Shown piece after piece: positions 30,791-41,052 of a stretch of DNA of 64,000 bases. The stretch is from assembly GCA_963737155.1 (NCBI GenBank), contig CAVTRN010000002.1:2528001-2592000 (forward strand), in the 5' to 3' direction. The position numbers and the translations under genes are program-made. Every line of letters begins with the position of its first letter. The stretch's first letter is position 1. This stretch comes from Nitrospirota bacterium (lineage in GTDB: Bacteria > Nitrospirota > UBA9217). Under the pieces are notes generated by a model, which was not told the DNA's origin, did not search any database, and saw only the letters and a program-made list of their open reading frames with translations.

Positions 30791-32674
30791 TCACCCCTGT
30801 CTCTTCAACGGCTCAAACTTTCTCCCGCCGTGCTCCATGAATTTGCTGAAGAATTCGACATAATGGAGCCTCAACGAATGGATGGTGGGTGAGAACACTC
30901 CGAGAATGATGTTAAGCAGGTGGATCATCCCTGCCACGAAAACCCCGATCACGACATCTCCAGTCAAACCACCGAGGTTGTTCGCCACAAATGCGAGAAG
31001 GACGGAGGTGAGGCCTATGGCCATGATACGCACATAAGAAATGATGTTTCCGATGCTCTTCAAAAACTCCAGCGGCGCCAGCAGGCCGCCGGTAAAGAAC
31101 AGGGCCGGTGTCAGGAACAAGATGGCAATGATGACCGGCCTGGCAAGTATCTTAGGCAAGACGCCGAAGAATGATGCGAGAACAACGATCAGCGCCAGGA
31201 TGACGATGATGCTCAACAGTTTATAGACGGCCTCTTTCGTTTCCTTTTTCCGGAACTTCGCAATGACTCCGAATGCCAGCCCGAGCAGGACATGGGCCAC
31301 ACCCACTGCAAGGGTGAAAAATATCATCGGGACAACTGCGGTGCGTCGTTCTATGCAGAGTGGCTGCAAATGAAAGAGGCGTTCGGGCAGGTCTCCAAAG
31401 AACTCCCCAAAGAGCACACCGAAAAAAATGGTATACAGCGATGCGACCAGCAGGATGGAGGCGCCGTCCTTGACGAATTTTCGCTGCCTAAATTTTCGTT
31501 TCAGCACATGCGCAATGCCAGCAAGGAACAGGCCGTACCCAGCATCACCTAGAATCATGCCGAAAAACACGGGAAAGAAAATCCCGATGAACGGCGTCGG
31601 ATCGTAAGAAGTATAAGCCGGCAGCGGAAGCAGGCTCGAGAAAATTTCGAAGGGTTTAAAATAGGGAGAGTTCTTAAGGATGATCGGAACCCGTCCGAGA
31701 TCTTCCTCGCGGATTTCCTTCTCCTCCAGCATGACGCTCCCGTGATAGGACTCCACAAGATTTTTTCTCACGGCCGCCACGTCCCTTGCCGGCATCCATC
31801 CATTGATGAAGAAGCACATGCGCGTTTCGAAGGCCGCCGCGGTCGTGGAAAGAAGCGAAACCCGGTCGTCTATCCATTCACGCACACTCCGGTAGATCGG
31901 CACCCAGCGCAGGGAAAACTGGGTAAGCACGGCATCTATCCCCTCCGCCTCGCGGGTATTCTCGGCCATCCGCTTTTCGACGTAGACGACCTTTTCGAAG
32001 AAGCTGAAACTGTTGAAGGCCGGTGGAAACATGAGTTCAGGAACTTGCTCGTCGCTCAAGGTCTTTTTGACCTTGTCGGCAAGGTCCTTTTCCACCGTAA
32101 TGAGACCAACGAGTGAACCGTCCTTCGCAGACTTCGTCACAAGTTCGAATTTCCAGTCCGTTATGCGCGAAAGGGCCTCTTTCAGGCGCTGAACCATATC
32201 AGGTTCGCGGATAGTCAGGCCGATGAATTCCAGATCCGGTGTTTCTTTTACATTGCCGATGAGCGGCGATAATGTCCCGAAGAAAACGGCATAACGCTGC
32301 AATTCGCTGAGTTCTTTCCGGAGAAATTCTTTCCGTTCATTCCTCTCCTTGATAGTAGTAATATGTCTTTCGATGATTGTAGCCACAGCATCGATAACCG
32401 GACGCGGATCTAGGTAACTGCTTCTGACCGGCATTTTGGGCAAAAAGGACAGGAGTTCGTTAATCCTGGTTCGAAGTTCGTTGAGAAAGGTCCTTTCCAT
32501 CATGGCTTTTTCGTCAAGGTTATAAGATCGGATATCTTCCTCATGCCCTTCTTCGAGAAAGCCGACCGCTGCCGGCTCAATCTGGAAGACACCAAGCTCC
32601 CGCAGCCTGGAGAGTACATCCTGCAGCACGTTTTTCGCCCCGACAATTTCTATTTTTGCCATCCTGACGATCAT
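30791..32674 (-). CDS. A/V-type ATPase subunit I (a)
   Basis: 'DPTPF...FFGMILGDAGYG', 'SYVRIMA' and 'IHSLRLHYVEFF'. Confidence 0.95.
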   Translation of the reverse strand: MIVRMAKIEIVGAKNVLQDVLSRLRELGVFQIEPAAVGFLEEGHEEDIRSYNLDEKAMMERTFLNELRTRINELLSFLPKMPVRSSYLDPRPVIDAVATIIERHITTIKERNERKEFLRKELSELQRYAVFFGTLSPLIGNVKETPDLEFIGLTIREPDMVQRLKEALSRITDWKFELVTKSAKDGSLVGLITVEKDLADKVKKTLSDEQVPELMFPPAFNSFSFFEKVVYVEKRMAENTREAEGIDAVLTQFSLRWVPIYRSVREWIDDRVSLLSTTAAAFETRMCFFINGWMPARDVAAVRKNLVESYHGSVMLEEKEIREEDLGRVPIILKNSPYFKPFEIFSSLLPLPAYTSYDPTPFIGIFFPVFFGMILGDAGYGLFLAGIAHVLKRKFRQRKFVKDGASILLVASLYTIFFGVLFGEFFGDLPERLFHLQPLCIERRTAVVPMIFFTLAVGVAHVLLGLAFGVIAKFRKKETKEAVYKLLSIIVILALIVVLASFFGVLPKILARPVIIAILFLTPALFFTGGLLAPLEFLKSIGNIISYVRIMAIGLTSVLLAFVANNLGGLTGDVVIGVFVAGMIHLLNIILGVFSPTIHSLRLHYVEFFSKFMEHGGRKFEPLKRQG

Positions 32675-32677
32675 AGG

Positions 32678-32998
32678 TCATCCAGGAAGGATTTTATGGA
32701 GATGGCTCCAAACCATGCCCTTGAGCGCATCGTTTTTAATCTGCATAATCCGAGCAGCCTGCTGCTCGGTGCTTGCAATGATATTCAATGCCTTCTGTCT
32801 GGCATCTTCAATGACCGTTTCCCTGGATCGGCGAAAGGATTCCTGAATGTCAACTTCACTGCGCGCAAGTTCTTCTTCAACCTCTTTTTTTCGGGCATTA
32901 AGCCACTCACGCGTAGTAACCATGGCATGATCTACAGATTGCTGAATATCTTTCTCCACCTCTATGACTTCTCGCAGGATGTCGCTTTCCATAGTCAC
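32678..32998 (-). CDS. A/V-type ATPase peripheral stalk subunit G/H
   Basis: Charged coiled-coil of ~105 aa; first gene of the operon. Confidence 0.75.
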   Translation of the reverse strand: MTMESDILREVIEVEKDIQQSVDHAMVTTREWLNARKKEVEEELARSEVDIQESFRRSRETVIEDARQKALNIIASTEQQAARIMQIKNDALKGMVWSHLHKILPG

Positions 32999-33039
32999 AT
33001 TTTAGCAAATAAATTGCCCACTGGACCAAATTAATTTTC

Positions 33040-33450
33040 ACGTCAAAGCTGCCAGCCATGATGCCAAGACGGGAATCGGGAAAAGCGAGGTAAGGAATTA
33101 TGGAATGCCAACGAGCATAATGGCGTATTTTTGACCGCACCCGTTTTTTAAGGAAGAAGGAACGACGTTCGTTGGCTCAGTACTTAGAATTGGCTTAGAT
33201 ACCGATAAGTCCGAGAGTCAGGTGCATTTTTCGTAGTGTTGAATCGCCTGAGCGATATTACTCCGTATCCGAAGGCGCAGAATGCCCATGGCAAGATTGC
33301 GGAGCGACGCCATGACCCAGGGCGAACTTCGTTCGGATGCGGCAGCGATACTCGTCATAGGCAACATACCGGACGTAATGCACTTTATTATCAATGCCCC
33401 CTGTGTCCACGATTGATTTCAAGAAGCCGTTCCAGACAGGGTTTCTGGGT
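33040..33450 (-). mobile_element. Degenerate 3' end of an ISAs1-family transposase plus downstream flank (copy A)
   Basis: Frameshifted translation 'LLEINRGH.GIDNKVHYVR.VAYDE.RCRIRTK...VMASLRNLAMGILR...LTLGLIGI*' matches the ISAs1 C-terminal pattern RxHWxIENxxHxxxDVxxxED; homologous to 45572-45957. Confidence 0.8.
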
Positions 33451-33770
33451 GCCAAACTGGTAATACCGCTCATTACGTTATCATGGATCGTTTTGCCGAT
33501 TGGATCAGTCATGAAGCGATCGATAACTTGTTGAAAACTGGAGGGATTTATAAAGATATCACGCTTTCCGGCTGCTCTGAAAACAACTGCGGAGCAGTTG
33601 ACTTAGGGCGACCGGTGGCAATCTATCCTAAACAATGCCAATTTTAAAATTTTCAAATTACTTGGTGAAAAAAACGTTGCAGACGCCTGAATTGCAACCG
33701 TTATAATGTGGATAAGTTGCTGGGGGCAATTGCCGTTTTTAAGCGGAAAGAAATTTGGAGGTACCCAGCT

Positions 33771-34436
33771 CTATGCGTCTATCTTGATAATCCCCTTCTG
33801 GATGGCGAACTTGATCAGACCTGCCCGATTGTGGATGCCGAGTTTCTCGCCGATATTGGTCTGATGAGCGACGACAGTCTTGACGCTGATGCAGAGCAAA
33901 TCGGCCACTTCCTTGTGTGTGTACCCTTCCGCCACCAGTTTGAGTACCTGTTTTTCCCTGTCCGTAAGTTTCTCGTAGGGGTTCTCCGTATCAATATCGA
34001 GCTTTCCGTCACCGTGGAGATACCCCTTCACAACCTCGGAGGCGATGGAAGAATAGAGGTAAAGATCCCCTCTGATGATCGCCTTGAGTGCTGCAATAAG
34101 GTCGCTCCCCACCGCCTTTTTGAGCAGATATCCGGACACGCCCGCTTTCAGAAACCGCGAGATGTATTCCCGGTCTTCATACTGAGTAAGCACAAGCACC
34201 TTAATATCGGGGTGCGTTTTCTTGATCTCGATGGTCGCCTCGAGCCCGCCCAATTTAGGCATATTGATGTCCATGATGATAATATCGGGGTGCAGTTTGT
34301 TCGTTTTTTCTATCGCTTCAACCCCGTCAGACGCCTCCGCAACGACTTCGATGTCGTCGCAGAGCTTCAGAAATGCAGCGATGCCCTCGCGCACGAGGGC
34401 GTGGTCGTCGGCAATAAGGACCCTCTTCTTAAGCAT
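33771..34436 (-). CDS. NarL/FixJ-family response regulator (REC + LuxR HTH)
   Basis: 'IADDH..VREG', 'MDINMP', 'GYLLKK' and 'LTDREKQVLKLVAEG'. Confidence 0.96.
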   Translation of the reverse strand: MLKKRVLIADDHALVREGIAAFLKLCDDIEVVAEASDGVEAIEKTNKLHPDIIIMDINMPKLGGLEATIEIKKTHPDIKVLVLTQYEDREYISRFLKAGVSGYLLKKAVGSDLIAALKAIIRGDLYLYSSIASEVVKGYLHGDGKLDIDTENPYEKLTDREKQVLKLVAEGYTHKEVADLLCISVKTVVAHQTNIGEKLGIHNRAGLIKFAIQKGIIKIDA

Positions 34437-36276
34437 TTAAAACCTCCGATGATGCCAGGGGAATCTGTAGGTGTATCTTCGTGCCGATGCCGGGCTGAGA
34501 GAATATTTCGAACTTCCCCCCGAGCAAGCCCACCCGTTCCTTCATGCCCATAAGGCCCAATCCTCTGCGATCTTTCAATTCATGCGTACTTGAATGGAAG
34601 ATCGCATTGAGATCGAACCCTTCTCCATCGTCTTCAATCTCCACGTGAACCATGTCATCCGCTATCTTGAACAGGACGAAGACGTTCTCCGCCTTCGCGT
34701 GTCGCGCGATATTCATGATGGCTTCCTGTATGATTCTGAAAAGGGTGATCTCCACCACCGGGCGGAATCGCCTGTCCTTCACTCCCTCGGTATTCATGAA
34801 ATAATTGATACCCTCTTCGCCGAGGTGGGTGCCAAGGAGGGACTTAATCGCCGCGGTGAGCCCAAGATCGTCGAGCAGCGTCGGCCTCAAATTCTGGATG
34901 ATGCCAATCACGCCATTCCAGGCGCTCAGAACGATTTCCCGTATCTTGTGCACTTCTTGTTCCGTGACCTTATCGGGATGGAGCTTGCACATGTCTACCC
35001 GCATGAGAGCCGCGGAGAGATCTTGGAGCGTGGCGTCATGGAGTTCACGTGCGATCCTCTTCCGCTCATCCTCCTGCGTGGTAATGATCTTTTTCAAAAG
35101 GACCTCGGCCTGCTTCTGGCTATCCTTGATCTGCCGCGTCCTCTCCTGCACCCGATGTTCGAGATCGAGATTTTGCCGCATGATCCGGTCCAGGGACTCG
35201 ACCAATTTTACCCGCATCGTTTCAAAAGAATGGCTGAGGACCCCGATCTCGTCACTGCCTTGGGGCGAAATCGACTTCGATAGATCGCCTTTCGCGATGC
35301 GGTCGGCGCCCCGTATCAGGGTCTTCAGGGGGTTCACGATGCTGCGGTTGATCCCCACCGTTAGGAGCAGCGCGGTTCCCATGAAGAACATGCCGAGCAC
35401 AACAAAATTCCTCCTGAGCTTCGCGATGGGAGAGAACACGTCCCCTCGAGGTTCCTGAATGGCTACGCCCCAAGGTGCAGTCTCAAGCGGGGCGAATGCG
35501 ATAATGGTCGGAACTTTCACGTTCTTGTTGCCAGCAACGTGACAGGAGTAGCAGGCCGTCACCTGCTCCTGATGATTGTCGATTAAGGTGGTAAAAAAAT
35601 TATCGCGGTTGTACTGGGTAAACATTCGGGACGGGACCGACGACGCCAACACCACACCGTTGGAGTCCACGACGTCGATGTATTCGTTTCTCCCCATGTC
35701 AATCAGTCCCAGAGTCTGTAGGAAAGCAGGGTTTGTCGTGTCGATCTGCCCTCCCGCGACTCCTACGGTGAGCCCGTTCTTGTCCCGCAACGGAACAAGC
35801 ACGTAGAGCACTTTCTTCATCGTTGGCTCGACGGTATAGACATTCGAAACGACGGGTTTCCCGAGAGAAAGCATTCTGTTCACCGGTTCGATGCTCATCA
35901 CATTCAGTGAGGCCTCCCTGATTCGCTCGGGATAGGTCAGAATTACCGTACCTCCTCTGTCTAAAAGGAAAACGCCGTCGGTGAATATGGAATATCGGTA
36001 TGCTGCCTTGATTGCCTCCTTCTCTGGCCGGAAGTCACTGTTCTGTAGGTCTACGATGCCTGATAGTGAAATGTCGTAAAGACGGTTGATATTGTCTTTT
36101 ATGGCATTGTCAATATTGCTCCGCACAAGGCGTGACAGTGCGAGCTTCCTGTTCAAAGAATCATCAATGTTCTTCTCGATAATGTAATGGCTTGCGATCC
36201 CCAGACCAGACAGGATGATCGAAATGCCCATCACGACAATCAGCGTAATCCGCTTGCGCAGACTCCCCCTGTTCAT
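34429..36276 (-). CDS. Sensor histidine kinase (Cache-like sensor with CxxCH, HAMP, HisKA_3, HATPase)
   Basis: Two TM helices; 'CYSCH' at 35539-35553 between them; HAMP 'DEIGVL'; 'ERKRIARELHD', 'IEDDGEGF' and 'GLGLMGMKER'. Confidence 0.93.
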   Translation of the reverse strand: MNRGSLRKRITLIVVMGISIILSGLGIASHYIIEKNIDDSLNRKLALSRLVRSNIDNAIKDNINRLYDISLSGIVDLQNSDFRPEKEAIKAAYRYSIFTDGVFLLDRGGTVILTYPERIREASLNVMSIEPVNRMLSLGKPVVSNVYTVEPTMKKVLYVLVPLRDKNGLTVGVAGGQIDTTNPAFLQTLGLIDMGRNEYIDVVDSNGVVLASSVPSRMFTQYNRDNFFTTLIDNHQEQVTACYSCHVAGNKNVKVPTIIAFAPLETAPWGVAIQEPRGDVFSPIAKLRRNFVVLGMFFMGTALLLTVGINRSIVNPLKTLIRGADRIAKGDLSKSISPQGSDEIGVLSHSFETMRVKLVESLDRIMRQNLDLEHRVQERTRQIKDSQKQAEVLLKKIITTQEDERKRIARELHDATLQDLSAALMRVDMCKLHPDKVTEQEVHKIREIVLSAWNGVIGIIQNLRPTLLDDLGLTAAIKSLLGTHLGEEGINYFMNTEGVKDRRFRPVVEITLFRIIQEAIMNIARHAKAENVFVLFKIADDMVHVEIEDDGEGFDLNAIFHSSTHELKDRRGLGLMGMKERVGLLGGKFEIFSQPGIGTKIHLQIPLASSEVLNA

Positions 36277-36385
36277 AAATGAATTATATATCAGACACGT
36301 CCAGAATGAGTAAGAATATTATGAAGAATGTCATCAAAATTGTATGTCATTTCAATTTCTTTCAATGACAAGTAATCCTTAATTA

Positions 36386-37099
36386 CTATGCTGCGGTTGT
36401 CACATCGGGCAACCCCTCCTCCCGTTCGGTAAATTCAAGCAAGTGTTCCTGGAGCATCCGCTCCTTCGAGAGACAGCCCGTAATTATGCACGTATCGAGA
36501 GGAAACACCTCGGGGCTGAAGATCGCGTTGTAGATATGCCAGATGGAGATGATGAGTAATACAACAAGGGCTTCGTTCGCATGCAGAACTTCCGCCGCCG
36601 GGATGGCCTCTCCGGGCAAAAACTTCGTGATCATGACGGGGAACCAGAGAATAAATCCGGTAGCCATCATGATCAGAGCACCGGTGAGGATGGCCCAGTA
36701 CTCGAACTTCTGCTTATATGTATAGCGTCCCCCCTCAGAGGGTTCGATTTCAAGGCCGAGGTAATACCTGATATTATGGACAGCATCGGTAAAATCTTTT
36801 TTTGTGATGACCATGGTGGGCTGCCATTTTCTATAGACAATGCCCACAACCGCTACGGAAATATGCGTGATGACTGCGAGTGAGAAAAGGACTCCCGCGA
36901 AACGATGGATAATCCTGACGCTGTCGATTCCGCCCAGTTGGATAATGAACCATTGAGATACATCGAGCGTGTAGAATCGCTGGGAGAGTCCGGTGCAGAC
37001 AAGCGTCGCCAAAAGGAGCACGTGCACCCAGTGTTCTACGATTCGGGCAGGGTGAAATCTCCTTATCCGCTCTTCCTTTGTAGTCGTGTCTTCTTCCAT
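36386..37099 (-). CDS. Di-heme cytochrome b (FdnI/HyaC/CbcB-like)
   Basis: Four TM segments with His ligands (EHWVH, IIHR...THI, LHANEA...IWHIY); 'GRYTYKQKFEYW'. Confidence 0.9.
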   Translation of the reverse strand: MEEDTTTKEERIRRFHPARIVEHWVHVLLLATLVCTGLSQRFYTLDVSQWFIIQLGGIDSVRIIHRFAGVLFSLAVITHISVAVVGIVYRKWQPTMVITKKDFTDAVHNIRYYLGLEIEPSEGGRYTYKQKFEYWAILTGALIMMATGFILWFPVMITKFLPGEAIPAAEVLHANEALVVLLIISIWHIYNAIFSPEVFPLDTCIITGCLSKERMLQEHLLEFTEREEGLPDVTTAA

Positions 37100-37114
37100 C
37101 TCATCCCCCTTTCG

Positions 37115-38566
37115 CTACCTGTTCACCACATAGCGCCATATATGGAGCAGGATCTGTAATGTCAGCCCAACCACAAGGAAAGGGATAAATATTTTGAACA
37201 CGAGTGTCACTAAAAAGACCAGTGGGGCCCGCGTCATGCTCGGCTCGTAATGGGACAGCCATGCGTCTGGGAAATTTTCGGACGCGTTTGCATGACATTT
37301 CCGGCACCTCTTGACAAGATTGGCCTTGATGTTAATAGTCGTATTGGGTTCGACGGTGCTCATGATATTATGCGTGCCGTGACAGTCAGTGCAGACCGCC
37401 ATGGGTCTTGCCGGTTTGTTCAGCTTTTCCTTCTGCATACGGTAAAATCTCAGCGTGATGCCGTGGAAGTCTGAAAGGTAATTGTCCAAGACAGCCGATG
37501 ATAGGCCATATTTGCCAACGATCGTTTCATTGGCATGACAGCTCCCACACATATCAGGTATTTGCTCTTGAAAGGACTGAGAAAGCGGGTTTTCGATCTT
37601 ATGAGCAGTATGGCAGTCTGTGCATACCGGCACATCCTGATTGTTCTCGTCGAAGAGGGCGCTCCCGTGGACACTTTTTGCGTAGATGGCGTAGATGTCC
37701 TCATGGCACCTCTGGCAACGTTTCGCAATGAGAGTCCGCTCCTTGCCGATATGCGAGATTGCATGCGCGCCGTGGCAGTCTATGCAGACGGGGGCCTGCA
37801 TGTCCCCCTGACTGAGCATAGTATAATGGATGCTTTCAAGCGTCTTCGTGTATTTATCGAAATGGCAACGCCTGCACATCTCCGATAGCGCCAGAGTATA
37901 ATCCCGCATCGTGCTGAAATTCCGCTTCGGGTGCTCTTCAGAGGAAAAACCGTAGTGGCAGTCGGAACAGGAGAGCTTGCTGTGCACCGAGGTTTGAAGC
38001 ACGGAAATGTTTACCGTCGCGGAAAGCGTCTCTCCATTCCTGAATGTCGTCTGCATGGCACGGCCATGGCACTTCATGCAGTATTCTTCTTCGCTTGTAA
38101 ATGTCAGTGTCTCGGTGATCCGTCGTATTGCGTGAGAACCGTGACAGTTTGTACAGATCATCGCCTTGCCTTTTCGTGCTTCGTTCAAAAGAGCAGCGTG
38201 GATACCCTTCGCCCTGATCTGTTCATAGCTGTGGCACCGCGTACAGACGAGCGCGGCTCTTATCTGGTACTGCAATTTATTCCGGAATAACCGCCGGGGA
38301 TGCTTCCCTTCGGAGAAATCGGGATGGCACTGCGAGCACAGAAGCGCATGATGGACGGAGGTCTTAAACACATCCGGGTTCACATAGGCCGCTTCGATTT
38401 CGTTGTTCTGGAATTTTACCGTGATCCCGGGCCGGGCATGGCACGAGAGACATGTCTGGGCTTCTTCCGAAAGATCCCCCATTCCTGCAGCAGCGACGCC
38501 GACATACAGCAGGGATGCAGTAAGAAGAAACAGCGCGTAACTGACTGTACGCTTTCCTTTCTCCAT
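37115..38566 (-). CDS. Membrane-anchored multiheme cytochrome c (13 CxxCH)
   Basis: Signal peptide from MEKGKR; 13 CxxCH motifs counted; repeated 'SVH/SIH' units; C-terminal TM helix. Confidence 0.93.
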   Translation of the reverse strand: MEKGKRTVSYALFLLTASLLYVGVAAAGMGDLSEEAQTCLSCHARPGITVKFQNNEIEAAYVNPDVFKTSVHHALLCSQCHPDFSEGKHPRRLFRNKLQYQIRAALVCTRCHSYEQIRAKGIHAALLNEARKGKAMICTNCHGSHAIRRITETLTFTSEEEYCMKCHGRAMQTTFRNGETLSATVNISVLQTSVHSKLSCSDCHYGFSSEEHPKRNFSTMRDYTLALSEMCRRCHFDKYTKTLESIHYTMLSQGDMQAPVCIDCHGAHAISHIGKERTLIAKRCQRCHEDIYAIYAKSVHGSALFDENNQDVPVCTDCHTAHKIENPLSQSFQEQIPDMCGSCHANETIVGKYGLSSAVLDNYLSDFHGITLRFYRMQKEKLNKPARPMAVCTDCHGTHNIMSTVEPNTTINIKANLVKRCRKCHANASENFPDAWLSHYEPSMTRAPLVFLVTLVFKIFIPFLVVGLTLQILLHIWRYVVNR

Positions 38567-38749
38567 AGATACCCCGTATGCACAGCCTCGGGCGCTTTGC
38601 GCATTACTACACATCTTCAGAGGCGAGGAGAAGTGAGATAAACTCAAGGACGAATATCGAAATCTTAAAGAATATTTTATTGGATTTACGGTTTCGTGCT
38701 ATGAATTTGCCGTGATCTCCTTGCCCCCCTTGTTAACTTCTCATCGACC

Positions 38750-39997
38750 CTAGTGAGACTCATACTCCGCATCTGCATGAAGCACGGGCATACGGTTCAA
38801 AATCCATCGGAATATCAGTATATGAATCGTCACGATTGTGACCACAACCATCGTCTCTTTCCACCCGGGAATGATGGAATCGAGGTGATGCGGGAGCAGC
38901 CAGTTCAATGCAATAATCGAGACGTTGAGCCTGTTGACGATAATCCCGACCACGGCATAGAAGGCCGCAAATCGTACGACACCGACGCTCTGTTTTTTCA
39001 CTCCATAAGTGAACAGCAGCATAGGGACCAGGACGAACCCAATGAGTTCGACCAGAAACCAGTAACCGTATGGGGTGTTCAGGAGACCCCAGTTATTGTC
39101 ATGGGCAATGCCGATGATCTTGAACACAAAATAGACAAACATACCAACAGCGGCGCCCTGCCCAAGGCCAAGAGTCAGCATGGGCAGACTATCCCGAAAC
39201 CTCTGGTCTGTCCTGTTCTTCAGGAATTGGATCGCGAGGGTACTGACGACGATCACCATTGCCAAAGCCGCATAGATGCTCGAACAGAGGAAAAACACCC
39301 AAATGTACGGGCTGTACCACAGCGGGTGAAGCTTTCCCGGGACAAGCAAGTACATCGCGCCGAGCGCAGATTGATGCAGCGTCGAGAGTATGATGCCTGC
39401 TATCGTCATGCCGATCGTGACCATCACCGCCCACCTGCGAACCCTCTGCGATCTCAGCCACTCCAAGATGGCAGGGCTGAATTCAACCACTTGGACCGTT
39501 AGGTATGTGGCCACATGCCACGCCACCAGGAAGAGCACCGATTGGGTGCCGAACCCTATGATCATGGGATAGTAGATCCGCCATGGCCTGCCCAAATCGT
39601 TCAAAAGGTACACGACGGCGAAAAAATACCCCAGTAACCCGGTGAGCACGGAGAGCCTCAGGAGTGGATGGTACCTCTTGTATCCGAAGATGTAATACGC
39701 CGTAGCCATCACGAATCCCGTGGCCGACAGCGGAACACCGCCGAAAAGTCCCCATCCGAGGAACAACCCCCAAGGGTACTCGTTCGAAGCACCGGTCACC
39801 AGGTAGAGCCCGAAGAGAAAACGCATCGCAATGAGCGGCAACCCCACGCTCAGGATGATCGCGGCGACAATATTGAACGGCGTGAGCAAATTCCTAAAAT
39901 ATTCAGGCCAGGTCATGTCCATTAGCAGCTTGCTCATGAACCATGACCGGAAGTCTCTTGGCCGCTCCTCAACCTTGACAGCCATGTTCGTGCTCAT
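38750..39997 (-). CDS. NrfD/PsrC-family membrane subunit (HmcC/HybB-like)
   Basis: 'YPWGL', 'DLGRPWR' and 'LSTLHQSALG...KLHPLWYS'; about 10 TM segments. Confidence 0.92.
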   Translation of the reverse strand: MSTNMAVKVEERPRDFRSWFMSKLLMDMTWPEYFRNLLTPFNIVAAIILSVGLPLIAMRFLFGLYLVTGASNEYPWGLFLGWGLFGGVPLSATGFVMATAYYIFGYKRYHPLLRLSVLTGLLGYFFAVVYLLNDLGRPWRIYYPMIIGFGTQSVLFLVAWHVATYLTVQVVEFSPAILEWLRSQRVRRWAVMVTIGMTIAGIILSTLHQSALGAMYLLVPGKLHPLWYSPYIWVFFLCSSIYAALAMVIVVSTLAIQFLKNRTDQRFRDSLPMLTLGLGQGAAVGMFVYFVFKIIGIAHDNNWGLLNTPYGYWFLVELIGFVLVPMLLFTYGVKKQSVGVVRFAAFYAVVGIIVNRLNVSIIALNWLLPHHLDSIIPGWKETMVVVTIVTIHILIFRWILNRMPVLHADAEYESH

Positions 39998-41022
39998 TTT
40001 TTCACCTCCCTTTTAGCCTCTTCCTCTTTTTTCTCTTTCTCTTCCTTATCGAATTCTTCTCTATGTCGCAACGCTGCGTAGATCGTCCCGAAGAGTGCCG
40101 GCCATGCCGTTAATACAATGGGAACCGCAGAGAGGAAACCCTTGGTCTCTTCAATGAGCGGCGTCTTGGGAAGATTTGTTGGAAAACCTAGCTGCTCAAA
40201 GGGGATTCCCGCGATATAGATCCAGTTTGTGCCTCCCACCTCGTGCTCGCCGTAAATATGGTTCACATATTTTCCGGGATTATTGTCTATTCTCTCCCTG
40301 GCTACTTTGAGCAATTCCTCGCGCTTCCCGAAGGTGATCGCCCCCACTGGGCAGGCTTCGGAGCAAGCGGTCATTTTACCCTCTTTGATCCGCGGATAGC
40401 ACATGGTGCACTTCTGTATGCGCGGTTCGAATGCGCTCCAGTAATCATAGGCCGGGATGTAGAAAGGACAGGCTGTCATGCAGTAGCGGCACCCGAAACA
40501 CAGGTCGGGATTGTACTTGACCGCCCCTTCCGGCGTTTTCGAATAAGCGTGGATTGGGCAGGACGTGAGACAGGCCGGTTCCTTGCAGTGGTTGCACTGT
40601 ATTTTCCGGTATATCGGCTTGCTTTTGTCCTTCGGATTTTCATACCGATTGACCACTGTGTAAGCCTTCACCGTAGGCATTCGCTTCTCTTCGAAGACGG
40701 AGCCGTCATCGAAGGGCTTGTCCGGCGCTGGCAGGCCGTTGAATTCGTTGCATGCCTTCTCGCAGCTTCGGCATCCAACGCAGGCGGTTAGGTCTGTTAG
40801 CAAGCCAAAGCTATTGGGATACCCTTCGAAGTCCTCGGCGGCAAAAGATTTACCCGGACGGCCCAGAAGCAGCGTGCCACCGATCGCGCCAGCCGTCCCC
40901 AAAAAGAACCGCCTGTTCATCTGTAAACCGGGGTCTTTCTTCTCCTCGTTTTTCTTCTCATCGAGGGGGCCGTCTGCAGGTTGTTTGGTTTCTTTCTTCA
41001 TGGAAACCTCCTTAGTCATCAC
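39994..41022 (-). CDS. Tat-exported 4x[4Fe-4S] protein (HmcB/HybA-like)
   Basis: Tat motif 'NRRFFLG'; CVGCRSC, CNHC..PAC...CP, CFGCRYC...CPF and KCTMC; 'IYGEHEVGGT'; C-terminal TM; true start may be 41001 or later. Confidence 0.92.
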   Translation of the reverse strand: MMTKEVSMKKETKQPADGPLDEKKNEEKKDPGLQMNRRFFLGTAGAIGGTLLLGRPGKSFAAEDFEGYPNSFGLLTDLTACVGCRSCEKACNEFNGLPAPDKPFDDGSVFEEKRMPTVKAYTVVNRYENPKDKSKPIYRKIQCNHCKEPACLTSCPIHAYSKTPEGAVKYNPDLCFGCRYCMTACPFYIPAYDYWSAFEPRIQKCTMCYPRIKEGKMTACSEACPVGAITFGKREELLKVARERIDNNPGKYVNHIYGEHEVGGTNWIYIAGIPFEQLGFPTNLPKTPLIEETKGFLSAVPIVLTAWPALFGTIYAALRHREEFDKEEKEKKEEEAKREVKK

Positions 41023-41052
41023 GCTCTCACTTGGTTATGCACGTGTGCAGAC

